Positions 8,844 to 17,235 are shown, counted from the stretch's first letter. The stretch is DNA of 41,039 nucleotides from Candidatus Wildermuthbacteria bacterium RIFCSPHIGHO2_01_FULL_49_22b (GCA_001823165.1 MHTT01000010.1:1-41039), one strand, 5' to 3'. Numbers and translations are program-made. Notes: generated by a model from the sequence alone, not told the origin.

Positions 8844-10571
8844 ATGGCAAAAACATCCCCGCAACAAAAGCGCAAATTTTCCAAAGCCGGGGAAACCACA
8901 TCGCTCACCTTAAGACCAAAAGGAGCACCTTTTATTGAGGCAGAACAAAAACATCAAAAACAGCAGGAATTGCTCTTGGCTTTAGAGCAGGTGTCTCGCG
9001 TCCTTACCGTTGAGGTGGAGCTGGAAAAAATCCTGCAGGACATGGCAACCATTGTAGCGAAAGCCCTTGGGGCAAAATGGGTGAACTTCTGGCAGCTCAC
9101 TCCCGACAAAAAGTCCGTATATATTACAGCTTCCTACGGCATGAAGCCCGCCTACAAAGAGCATTCTCAACGCTATCCCATTCGCCTGGGCACAGCGTGG
9201 ATTGGAAGAGCGGTGCAGACGGGAAAGGCGTGGGGAACCAGCGACATCTTGACTGACCCCAAGCTTCTCCAAGAACTTGGTCCTGCCTGGGAAAAGGCAA
9301 TCAAGAAGCAGGACTACCGGGCCCTGCTCTGTGTTCCTACCATCAGCAGGAAAGGACCCGTAGGAGGGGTGTGTGTATATTACCCAGACGCCCACGAGTT
9401 CACCGACTTTGAAATGCGCCTGGTGACCGTGGCCGCAAACCAGGCCGCAACTTCCATCACCAACGCCCAAATCTTTGCGGAGCTCACGGCCGAACGCAAT
9501 AAGACCCTTGCAATGATCAATAGTCTTTCTGACGGCATCATTATGTACGACCTGGAAGGAACAATTATTCTTTTTAATCCCAAGGCGGAAGAAATTTTCT
9601 GGGTTAAGAGAAGCGAGGTCATGGGAAAAAAAGCATCCGAGTTCAAGGTTAGACGCAACCCTCTTTTCGCGAACATCAAAAACATTGCCTCCCTCGCCCT
9701 CTCGGACTTTGAATCAAAAGAGATAAAGATTGCCGATCCCCAACGCATGACCCTGCAGATTATCAATTTGCCCGTGCGGGACCCTGAAGACCGGAAGATC
9801 GGCTCCATGCGGGTCATTCACGATATCACCAAAGAAAAAGAGGCCGAAGAGATAAAATCAAGCTTTATCTCAATTGCCTCCCATCAGCTGCGCACTCCCC
9901 TCTCCGGAATCAAGTGGGCTCTCGCCATGCTCTTGGGCAAAGATCTGGGAAACCTTAACAAAGAGCAGTATGAATTGATGTCCAAGGTCACAGTCCAGAA
10001 TGACCGGCTTATCGATCTTGTAGAGGACCTTCTTGACGCTTCCCGCATTGAAGAAGGCAGATTCGGCTATGTCTTCAAGAAAGCTCAGCTTGAGTCCCTG
10101 GTTCAGGACGCGCTCAAGGCCCTGCAGCCGTTCCTGGACAAAAAACGCTCTATCGCACTTTCTGTAAAAAGCCCCAAGAAAAAAACTCCTTTGGTGAACG
10201 CAGATCCAAAGAAACTCGGCATCGCAATTTTCAACATTATAGACAACGCAATCAAGTACACCACAAAGGGGACTATCGCCATATCATTTCTGCAGGCACC
10301 CTCCTCTTTGTTCCTGCAGGTTGCGGACCAGGGCATCGGCATACCAAAAGAAGAACAGAAATTCCTGTTTACCAAGTTCTTTCGAGCCAGCAACGCCGTG
10401 CGGATACAGACGGAGGGTTCTGGGCTTGGTTTGTGGATTGCCCAGGAAATTATGAAAAGGCACAACGGGAGAATACTCTTTGAAAGCGAAGAAAGAAAGG
10501 GAAGCACATTCTCTCTGCAGTTCCCATTGAAGGCGGATGATATGCCGAGGGGCAGGGTTGCGGGCCGATAG
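8844..10571 (+). CDS. Soluble sensor histidine kinase (GAF-PAS-HisKA-HATPase_c), paralog of 4224..6431
   Basis: H-box FISIASHQLRTPLSGIKWALAML, DNAIKYT, DQGIGIP, GSGLGLWIAQ. The PAS segment MINSLSDGIIMYDLEGTIILFN aligns colinearly with the first kinase. Confidence 0.9.
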   Translation: MAKTSPQQKRKFSKAGETTSLTLRPKGAPFIEAEQKHQKQQELLLALEQVSRVLTVEVELEKILQDMATIVAKALGAKWVNFWQLTPDKKSVYITASYGMKPAYKEHSQRYPIRLGTAWIGRAVQTGKAWGTSDILTDPKLLQELGPAWEKAIKKQDYRALLCVPTISRKGPVGGVCVYYPDAHEFTDFEMRLVTVAANQAATSITNAQIFAELTAERNKTLAMINSLSDGIIMYDLEGTIILFNPKAEEIFWVKRSEVMGKKASEFKVRRNPLFANIKNIASLALSDFESKEIKIADPQRMTLQIINLPVRDPEDRKIGSMRVIHDITKEKEAEEIKSSFISIASHQLRTPLSGIKWALAMLLGKDLGNLNKEQYELMSKVTVQNDRLIDLVEDLLDASRIEEGRFGYVFKKAQLESLVQDALKALQPFLDKKRSIALSVKSPKKKTPLVNADPKKLGIAIFNIIDNAIKYTTKGTIAISFLQAPSSLFLQVADQGIGIPKEEQKFLFTKFFRASNAVRIQTEGSGLGLWIAQEIMKRHNGRILFESEERKGSTFSLQFPLKADDMPRGRVAGR

Positions 10572-10630
10572 CCGCCCCGTGCGGCAAGAGAAAATGAGGA
10601 TATGAGGATATAAAAAAACACAAAAACGCC

Positions 10631-11809
10631 ATGAGATGGTTGTGGAACTCCAGCCTGCTTTTTTGGACGGGCCTCTATTTCAGCGTCGCAACCGTCTCGG
10701 TGCAGGCGGAAACCGTCGCTCAGCTGTCCCTGTTCTGGGTTGGAATCATGAACGGGCTTTTCGGAGCTTCTTTGCTGCTGGTGCGCATTCCCATTGGGAT
10801 TGCGGCCGGCAAGATACCTCAAAAAAAGCTCTTGTTTCTCGGACTCCTCCTGGTGGCCGCAGGAAACCTTGTGGTGCCCTTGGTCCCCCATGCGGGAGCG
10901 CTTCTCGTCTCCCGCTTCCTGCTTGGGGCGGGAGCTGGGTTTTGGGTGGTCTTCAGTATCTTTTACGTCAACCACCACCCCCGAAGCGAGATTCCCAAGG
11001 CCATGGCGCGCATCACCTTAACCTATGGTTTGGGCATCACCATAGGAGGACTAGGGGGAGGCATGGCAGCAGAGCAGTGGGGCTGGCACGCTCCTTTCTG
11101 GCTGGGCCTGGGAGCAGCAGTGCTTTCAATGCTTCTGCTATTGCCGGTCAAAGAAGAGACGCGCATTGCCTATTCCTTTCAAAAGAGGCGGCTGTTCTCG
11201 CAATTCAAGAACGCCCGCCTCATGGTGGTATCTCTCCTTGCCGCCCTGCTCTTTTACCTGGGCACTTCCACGGTGTGGGGGTTCACGCCCAACTTTGCCT
11301 TTCAGGAATTCGGGGCTTCCCGTTTTGAGCTTGGCGTCATTGCCTTTGCCATGCTGGGACCGTATGCGGCGAGCATTCGCTTTGCGTATCTGCCGCGCGG
11401 CCTCCTGGGGGCAAAAGGCGCCGTACTCTCGGGTCTTGCGCTGGCCGGTCTTGCAACCTTTCTCATCCCTTTCACCGGCAACATTACGCAGGTCTTGTTC
11501 CTCCATGCTTTTGTGGGAGCGGGCTTGGGGGTTGTCTTTTCCACTACCATGTCCTTGAGTATTGAGGACCTGCCCCTTGAACAAAGGGGGGAGGCCATGG
11601 GCATTTTCCAGAGCGTGTACGCCACGGGGTTTCTTCTGGGGCCTTTCCTGGGCGGAATCATTTCAGACGCGTTCTCCCTGCAGTTCATCTTTTTTATCAA
11701 CGGCGCCGTCACTCTTCTTGCGGTCCTTTTGCTTCTTTATTCTTCTGTTCTCACGGTTTCAAGAACAGCTGACCCCGGCGAAATGGCAGCATATCAAAAG
11801 GAGCCCTGA
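10631..11809 (+). CDS. MFS transporter
   Basis: About 10-12 hydrophobic helices, with MFS-like loops (GKIPQKKLLFLGLLLVAAG, LSRFLLGAGAG). Confidence 0.8.
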   Translation: MRWLWNSSLLFWTGLYFSVATVSVQAETVAQLSLFWVGIMNGLFGASLLLVRIPIGIAAGKIPQKKLLFLGLLLVAAGNLVVPLVPHAGALLVSRFLLGAGAGFWVVFSIFYVNHHPRSEIPKAMARITLTYGLGITIGGLGGGMAAEQWGWHAPFWLGLGAAVLSMLLLLPVKEETRIAYSFQKRRLFSQFKNARLMVVSLLAALLFYLGTSTVWGFTPNFAFQEFGASRFELGVIAFAMLGPYAASIRFAYLPRGLLGAKGAVLSGLALAGLATFLIPFTGNITQVLFLHAFVGAGLGVVFSTTMSLSIEDLPLEQRGEAMGIFQSVYATGFLLGPFLGGIISDAFSLQFIFFINGAVTLLAVLLLLYSSVLTVSRTADPGEMAAYQKEP

Positions 11810-11841
11810 CGAATCATGTCCGGGCTCTTCCCTCCTCTGCA

Positions 11842-11867
11842 GACATTATGTTTTAGAACATAATGTC
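11842..11867. terminator. Hairpin between convergent MFS and ndk genes
   Basis: gacattatgtt (11842-11852) and aacataatgtc (11857-11867) form a perfect 11-bp stem with loop ttag. The right arm overlaps the last ndk codons. Confidence 0.55.
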
Positions 11868-12440
11868 GTCTTCTGCTCTTTTGTAGTCGTGGACTTCCTC
11901 TGGGGCAAACCAGAATTGTATCTCGTGCTCTGCTTCCTGGGGGGTTTCGGAAGCATGCACAATGTTGTGAATGGCCCGTTTGTCCCGGTTGGCAGCCGAA
12001 GCGTCATCTACGGAAAAGTCCCCCCGGATGGTTCCCATTTCAGCTGCAGCCGGCATGGTGGGGCCTGAAATCTTTCTCACCATGTCCACTGCATGAATCC
12101 CCTTCACAATCATTTTTACCAAGGGAGCTGAAGTCATGTAGTCAAGGAGCCAGCCCCGCACCATCAATCCAATCTCCTTTTTATCGTCCGTGCCCAGTTC
12201 CGCTTTGGCGTCAATACCATACTGTGTGTAGTTCGCAAGCGTTTTCTCCCCAAGGCGCAAAATCCACTTCTCATCTTTGGGATAGTGGTCGTCAATCTGC
12301 TGTTTGGTTGCAGAAAACAGCTCCAGGGCAATAATCTTCAGCCCCCGCCTCTCAAAGCGGTTCACAATCTCCCCAATCAAACCCCGCCTCACGCCGTCGG
12401 GCTTCACAATAACCACTGTCCTCTCTTCTTTTGGATGCAT
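11853..12440 (-). CDS. ndk: Nucleoside-diphosphate kinase (long form with internal insertion)
   Basis: ERTVVIVKPDGVRRGLIGEIVNRFERRGLKIIALEL ... IRGDFSVD ... NIVHASETPQEAEHEIQFWF, including the active-site His context. At 195 aa it is longer than the usual roughly 140-150 aa. Confidence 0.9.
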   Translation of the reverse strand: MHPKEERTVVIVKPDGVRRGLIGEIVNRFERRGLKIIALELFSATKQQIDDHYPKDEKWILRLGEKTLANYTQYGIDAKAELGTDDKKEIGLMVRGWLLDYMTSAPLVKMIVKGIHAVDMVRKISGPTMPAAAEMGTIRGDFSVDDASAANRDKRAIHNIVHASETPQEAEHEIQFWFAPEEVHDYKRAEDDIMF

Positions 12441-12441
12441 G

Positions 12442-13266
12442 CTATTTCAAATAAAAGAATATAGTTCCTTCTCGGTCTGTCCTGCGTATCTTTATACCAT
12501 ATTCCGCCAAATTCACAAGAACGTCCTGGGTGGGATGCCCAAACTTGTTGTCCCTGCCAACGGAAATGACGGCAACCTTGGAGGCCACCGCCTCCAGAAA
12601 CTCTCTTGAACTTGAGGTGTCAGAACCGTGGTGGGCAATCTTGAGAATGTCGGCTTTCATGTCTTTTTCCGCTTCCAGCAGCAGCTCCTCAATCTTTTTC
12701 GTGGTGTCTCCGGGCAGCAGCACCTTGCGGTCTCCGTACGCCAAACGCGCAACGATAGAGGTTTCATTGCTCTTTCCTTGCTGCACATCACTGCTCTCTT
12801 GCGGATACAGAATCTCAAGAACGGCCCCAGACTCGCCGAGCACAACCTGCTGCCCTGCTTGAGCTAAGAACACGTTTGCTCCTTCTTTTTTGAGCACCGC
12901 CTCAAAAGCAGCAAAAACACGCGTGTCTTTCCTTCTTCCAGTCCAAAGAACATTCTCAACCTCATAGCGCTCAAAGACCGCAACCAATCCTGTAATATGG
13001 TCTGCGTCAGGATGAGTCAAAACAACAAGGTCCAGGGTCTTGTCCCAAAAAGGCATGACCTCTCCCAGGCGCGAGAGCACCTTGGTGTCGGGCCCTCCGT
13101 CTATGAGCACCTGATGGCCGTGGGGCGTCTCAAAAAACACGGCATCTCCCTGCCCTACGTCAAAGAAGGCAAGCTCTAAGGCAGGGCTGGAAGCCGTCTC
13201 GCTCCAGAGAACCGCAGCAAGGAGGCCTGCTCCCAGAAGGAGCGCGACAAGGAAGCTGCTTTTCAT
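12442..13266 (-). CDS. Secreted MBL-fold hydrolase (stand-alone ComEC/Rec2 C-terminal lactamase-like domain)
   Basis: Signal-like N-terminus MKSSFLVALLLGAGLLAAVL, then FFDVGQGDAV, LTHPDADHITG and KIAHHGSDTSSS motifs. Confidence 0.8.
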   Translation of the reverse strand: MKSSFLVALLLGAGLLAAVLWSETASSPALELAFFDVGQGDAVFFETPHGHQVLIDGGPDTKVLSRLGEVMPFWDKTLDLVVLTHPDADHITGLVAVFERYEVENVLWTGRRKDTRVFAAFEAVLKKEGANVFLAQAGQQVVLGESGAVLEILYPQESSDVQQGKSNETSIVARLAYGDRKVLLPGDTTKKIEELLLEAEKDMKADILKIAHHGSDTSSSREFLEAVASKVAVISVGRDNKFGHPTQDVLVNLAEYGIKIRRTDREGTIFFYLK

Positions 13267-13356
13267 GAAAGCACAAATCCCGCCCTCTCATTCCTCATGG
13301 CTGCGTGAAAACCATACGAAATGCGAAGACGGGATTGCAAGATAAAAAATGTCTTA

Positions 13357-13518
13357 TTATTTAGAGCCGAGTATCCGGAACATCTTGGTGCCGCACTTCG
13401 GGCAGGTCCCGGTAAGGGCCCTTCTGCTCTTTCCGCCCTTTCCCTTCATTGCGACTTCCTTTTCTCCCTGGATGTCCCTCTTTGCCTTGCACTTTACGCA
13501 ATATCCTTGAGTAGCCAT
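13357..13518 (-). CDS. DUF5679-type zinc-ribbon protein (53 aa; below the ORF-track cutoff)
   Basis: My own translation gives MATQGYCVKCKAKRDIQGEKEVAMKGKGGKSRRALTGTCPKCGTKMFRILGSK, with two CxxC pairs and a CGTKMFRI C-terminus. Confidence 0.75.
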   Translation of the reverse strand: MATQGYCVKCKAKRDIQGEKEVAMKGKGGKSRRALTGTCPKCGTKMFRILGSK

Positions 13519-13525
13519 GTATTTC

Positions 13526-13642
13526 TATGACCTATGACCTATGACCATTGACCTTTGACTTATGACTAATAAGTCCGTGCGCTTATCATTGGTCAGTAAT
13601 CAGAAAGGGTCAATTGTCACTTATCATTAGTCATTGGTTAAG
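13526..13642. repeat. Phased TATGACC heptamer array plus opposing GGTCA/GTCA half-sites
   Basis: Six phased 7-mers run from 13526 to 13567 (tatgacc x3, attgacc, tttgact, tatgact). A gcgc-containing centre is followed by inverted-orientation ggtca/gtca sites at 13591, 13608, 13616 and 13630. Confidence 0.85.
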
Positions 13643-13812
13643 TTGTGCGACCTTTTCCGCCTGTAATCTTCGCTTATTCTACCCTAAAGAAACCAAAAAA
13701 GCTAGTCAAGCCTCTTTATTCCATTCCTTGGCGATGCTTTGTATCTTTAATCGGATTAAGGACTGACTGCTCCTCCTGCTCAAGAACGTTAGAACCGAAT
13801 TGGTGCAAAGAT

Positions 13813-13849
13813 AAAGGCCCCGCATGGTAAGTGCTACCAGGGGCCTTTT
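13813..13849. terminator. Bidirectional intrinsic terminator
   Basis: aaaggcccc (13813-13821) pairs with ggggccttt (13840-13848). There is a T-run on the plus strand (tttt) and tttatcttt on the minus strand. It lies 20 nt past the stop of 13870..14445. Confidence 0.7.
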
Positions 13850-13869
13850 GACAAGCATCGGCGACTACT

Positions 13870-14445
13870 CTATTGGCTGGCACGCCATAAGCTATAGGCA
13901 CACCATTCTTGCAGGGTAGCAACATCTCCTTCTCCTTGGTACCGGGATATTTTTTCCATCTCCTCATCCCACTCTTTGCTTCCAGAAACCGCCGGACCTT
14001 CAGGATGCCAGGTCGGCAATATGGAGATGACTCTTTTTGTCCCGGACACGAGCATTGCCCGCACCAAGGTAAGGACGCAGCGGGGCACATGATAGGCCGC
14101 AGTGCATATGGCGATGTGATTTACCTCTGAGCTTTTCTTAAGTAGTTCAACCGCCCACCTCATTTGATCTGGGGTATGGTTCGCCCACCCGCCGTTCTCA
14201 AGATAAGCGTCTCCCTCTTTTGCTGTTATCCTCCCAATTATCTCGAGAATTTCTCTTCTGGTGTAGAAGGGATCTCCTCTGGTACCAGCAACCCAGAGCC
14301 GTTGCGCCTTCTCTGGCCAATACTTTACCCCCTCGGCAATTCGATACTCTTGAATCCCAGGGAGAATAAGCAGGACGCTCCGTTTTGGCTCTGTCTTTGG
14401 CCAAAAAGGCAGGGCCAGGACCGCCAGAGCTAATCGCTCGCTCAA
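13870..14445 (-). CDS. YdcF/DUF218-like protein
   Basis: VLLILPG ... ICTAAYHVPRCVLTL resembles the DUF218 core. It has a TTG start preceded by GAGGAGAGGAGGTAAAAG. Confidence 0.55.
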   Translation of the reverse strand: MSERLALAVLALPFWPKTEPKRSVLLILPGIQEYRIAEGVKYWPEKAQRLWVAGTRGDPFYTRREILEIIGRITAKEGDAYLENGGWANHTPDQMRWAVELLKKSSEVNHIAICTAAYHVPRCVLTLVRAMLVSGTKRVISILPTWHPEGPAVSGSKEWDEEMEKISRYQGEGDVATLQEWCAYSLWRASQ

Positions 14446-14608
14446 CTTTTACCTCCTCTCCTCTGCTCGGCATGCTAGTCGAGAATGATGACGGACGAGA
14501 ACTGTTCTCGGCCGATTTGGTCGCCGAGCGAAGCGCCGACTGGAAAAGTTTAATTTCCTCTCAAGAGAAGCAGTTCGTATCTAGTTTTATGGCTCCGCGG
14601 GCGGGATT

Positions 14609-14648
14609 CGCCCCGTCATTCGACGGGGCGCCCAGTCGCATGACTGGG
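14609..14648. other. Two abutting GC-rich hairpins in a 230-nt spacer
   Basis: cgccccgtc-attc-gacggggcg (14609-14630) is followed directly by cccagtc-gcat-gactggg (14631-14648). They lie downstream of doxX and upstream of the YdcF-like gene. Confidence 0.7.
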
Positions 14649-14675
14649 CGAACCTCTGAAAAAAATCTATCGAAT

Positions 14676-15116
14676 CTATCGTAGAAAGCGACCGAGAAGA
14701 GGAACTTTGCCTTCCAGTCCCCAGATTCTCCCTGCCTTACTAAAGGCCAGCACAAGAAGGGAGAACGCATACACAATATGTTCGTCAACGATATATGAAT
14801 GCTCGCCAACGTACGGAAACTCCAAGACCGGGAAATAATACAGAAACATAAGCAGGGCTCCAAGAATGCCGCTTAAGCGAACACCCACGCCCACAAGAAG
14901 GGAAAGCCCTATGAGGGTTAAGCCCCATTCGTTAAGAAGGTCAGTAAGGGGCAGTATCTCAAGAGAAGCAAACCACTGGTATAATCCAGAAAAGGTTTTT
15001 GCTCCTTTCAGGTATCCTGCCGCTGACCATTCCGGGTTCAGCACCTTGGTGATGCCAGCGTAAAGAAACAGCCATCCTAAAGAGATACGTAGGAAAAACA
15101 GGGAAAAATATTTCAT
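14676..15116 (-). CDS. DoxX family membrane protein
   Basis: MKYFSLFFLRISLGWLFLYAGITKVLNPEWSAAGYL... is a typical DoxX N-terminus, and there are 4 hydrophobic helices. Confidence 0.8.
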   Translation of the reverse strand: MKYFSLFFLRISLGWLFLYAGITKVLNPEWSAAGYLKGAKTFSGLYQWFASLEILPLTDLLNEWGLTLIGLSLLVGVGVRLSGILGALLMFLYYFPVLEFPYVGEHSYIVDEHIVYAFSLLVLAFSKAGRIWGLEGKVPLLGRFLR

Positions 15117-15141
15117 ATTTATGCGAAAACCATTATATTAT

Positions 15142-15903
15142 TTATGTGGCAAGCCATCCTCCGTCAACATAGAAGGTAGCTCCCGTGACATAGCTGGATT
15201 CCTCTGAAGCCAGGAACACGACCATTGCAGAAACCTCTTCTGGCTTTCCGATACGCTGTAAGGGAACTGCGGCAAGCATGGCTTCCATTGCGGCTTTTGG
15301 TATCTGCGAGGCGGCAACCATGGGAGTGTCAATCGCTCCCGGAGCAACCGCATTCACCGTAATGCCAAAAGGCGCCCATTCCACAGCCAGGGTCTCGGTC
15401 ATGCCAATGACCCCTCCCTTGGAAGCAGTATAGTGGGCGCCGCCCGCAATCCCTATTCCGGTTTGCCCTGAAGCAACAGAGGAGATGTTGATGATTCTTC
15501 CCCACTTTTGTTTTTGCATTTCTTTGGCTGCGCGCTGTGCGCACAGGAACTGCCCTTTGAGGTTAATGTGAATGGTTTTTTCCCATTCCTCCTCGCTCAT
15601 TTCAAGGGCCGGCTTTGGAGAAAAGATCCCAGCATTGTTCACTAAGATGTCTACCTTCCCCCATTGGGAAACCGCCGCATCAAAGACGGCATTAATTTCT
15701 TTTTGGTTGGTGACATCCATGGCAAATGCCAGGGCCTCACCCCCGTTCTTTCGTATTTCCTCTGCCACGTTCTCGCATTCCTCTTGGTTTATATCCGTTA
15801 CAACAACCTTTGCTCCTTGGGAAGCTAGAACTACTGCATGGGATTTCCCCATGCCCTGTTTTGCCCCGGTGACCAGGGCAACCCTGCTTTGTAAGTTAAA
15901 CAT
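15142..15903 (-). CDS. SDR family oxidoreductase (FabG/glucose-1-dehydrogenase-like)
   Basis: TGAKQGMGKS (TGxxxGxG), NNAG, and the S...YxxxK triad (ISSVAS...YTASKGG). Confidence 0.9.
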   Translation of the reverse strand: MFNLQSRVALVTGAKQGMGKSHAVVLASQGAKVVVTDINQEECENVAEEIRKNGGEALAFAMDVTNQKEINAVFDAAVSQWGKVDILVNNAGIFSPKPALEMSEEEWEKTIHINLKGQFLCAQRAAKEMQKQKWGRIINISSVASGQTGIGIAGGAHYTASKGGVIGMTETLAVEWAPFGITVNAVAPGAIDTPMVAASQIPKAAMEAMLAAVPLQRIGKPEEVSAMVVFLASEESSYVTGATFYVDGGWLAT

Positions 15904-15904
15904 A

Positions 15905-16534
15905 TTATTCGTAGGTTTTACCCGTGCTCTGCGGCACGTACTCTGGACCTTTATTTAGATAACGGGAGATAAAGTTAGAGATGCGTTTTGTGTCAAGCGT
16001 TCCATCCTTTGGCAAGTCAAAGGCATCCAAGCGCGTCCAGGCAGCCAGCGCAATATCGGTTTCGTTGGCAGAGCGCGGGGTGAGGATGACGCCAAACCGG
16101 CCTGCCAGGAGTTTCTCAAGGGCCTGCACTATCTCGCTGTTCAGGTCAGACCGGTAGGAAACCCATACTCTGCCATGCTCCAAACTGTGCACAATCGCCT
16201 CGTCTGGCTTTTCTTCGTCATAGATGCCGTCTCGCAAAGGGTCTGGCCAGTGGTTCCCGGAGGTCGGAGGATTGGATTGGTATTCCACCCGCGTTCCTTG
16301 TGCAACATGGGTAGCTCCCGCATAGGGTATTTCCATAGAATAGTCCTGTCCCAAGGGCTTTGGGGTTAAGGCCTGCATGCCGAGCCACCCGGCTCCTGCA
16401 ACCGCTGCAATGCCAATCGCCCAGCCCACCAGCTTCTTGGTTGCGCGGAGCCTTCGCGTTCTTCCTATCCCCTCGCGCTTTTCCTGTCGCCGCAACTCCT
16501 TTCTTTCTTTTTTGGAAAGTTCCTGCCCTTCCAT
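15905..16534 (-). CDS. DUF3105 domain protein, N-terminal membrane anchor
   Basis: Lys/Arg-rich N-terminus, a TM helix (LVGWAIGIAAVAGAGWLGM), then NPPTSGNHW and VHSLEHGRVWVSY motifs. The start overlaps the dsbA-like stop (TAATG). Confidence 0.7.
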   Translation of the reverse strand: MEGQELSKKERKELRRQEKREGIGRTRRLRATKKLVGWAIGIAAVAGAGWLGMQALTPKPLGQDYSMEIPYAGATHVAQGTRVEYQSNPPTSGNHWPDPLRDGIYDEEKPDEAIVHSLEHGRVWVSYRSDLNSEIVQALEKLLAGRFGVILTPRSANETDIALAAWTRLDAFDLPKDGTLDTKRISNFISRYLNKGPEYVPQSTGKTYE

Positions 16535-17223
16535 TAGAGTTGAGAGTCAATAATGGATTTCAGCTGGGAATACGGTACCGCTCCCCGTACAAGCACGCCG
16601 TTCACGTAGCTTCCCGGGGTTCCGCTGACCCCGGCCTGAATGCCCTGCTGGTAGTCCTGTTCAACTTTGTTTTGGTACTTTCTGGTGGAGACGCAGTCGT
16701 CAAATTGGGCAAGGTTTACCTCAATCTGCTCGGCCGCTTCACGGTAGAAAGCAGAACCCAAACGCTCCTGTTCTTCAAACATGGCGTCTACAAACTGCCA
16801 AAAGCCATCATTGCCTTTTTGCTCCCACACACATTCAGACGCTTCAGCGGCAGGGCGCGCCTGCGGGTGAAGACCGTCTAAGGGAAAGTGCTTGTACACC
16901 CATCGGACGTCATCGCCATACTCTTGCAACGCCTGCAGAATCGTTGGATGGAACTGCCTGCAAAAAGGGCACTCCAGGTCAGAAAACTCAACCAGCGTCA
17001 TTGCGGCTTCCGGATTCCCCCGAATGTGGTCGTCTTTTGTGATGGTGAAGTCCACGGTGGAACCGTTGCTTTGCACCGCGTCCCTCGCGGTTCCCGCCGG
17101 CAGGGCGGCCGCTGTACGCTCTGGCGTGATATCAAAGCCGCCCGTATACAGAATCGTTCCTCCAATGAAGATTCCTGCCAATAGAATAGCGGCTGGAATG
17201 TAGAAATCTTTATATGTTTCCAT
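16534..17223 (-). CDS. DsbA/BdbD-like thiol:disulfide oxidoreductase, membrane-anchored
   Basis: N-terminal TM helix (IPAAILLAGIFIGGTILY) and a thioredoxin fold with active site CPFC (FSDLECPFCRQFHP). Confidence 0.85.
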   Translation of the reverse strand: METYKDFYIPAAILLAGIFIGGTILYTGGFDITPERTAAALPAGTARDAVQSNGSTVDFTITKDDHIRGNPEAAMTLVEFSDLECPFCRQFHPTILQALQEYGDDVRWVYKHFPLDGLHPQARPAAEASECVWEQKGNDGFWQFVDAMFEEQERLGSAFYREAAEQIEVNLAQFDDCVSTRKYQNKVEQDYQQGIQAGVSGTPGSYVNGVLVRGAVPYSQLKSIIDSQL

Positions 17224-17235
17224 ATCGTTCTCTTG

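Noticed and set aside
10103-10978. 291-aa minus-strand ORF spanning the end of the second kinase and the start of the MFS gene
   Set aside because: It is antisense to two genes with clear family motifs. Its translation is low-complexity (Arg/Gly/Pro/Ser-rich) with no recognisable domain. This is a typical shadow ORF.
13526-13567. Possible CRISPR array (also considered for 33393-33424 and 3711-3758)
   Set aside because: The repeat units are only 7-8 nt and directly abutting, with no spacers, and there are no cas genes. These are microsatellite-like tandem repeats, not CRISPRs.
14589-14660. tRNA- or tmRNA-like 3' end on the minus strand (GGGGCGAATCCCGCCCGCGGAGCCA)
   Set aside because: I could not build a cloverleaf. 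The would-be anticodon arm is a 9-bp stem with a 4-nt loop, the T-loop lacks TTC, and a tmRNA body would have to lie inside the doxX coding sequence.
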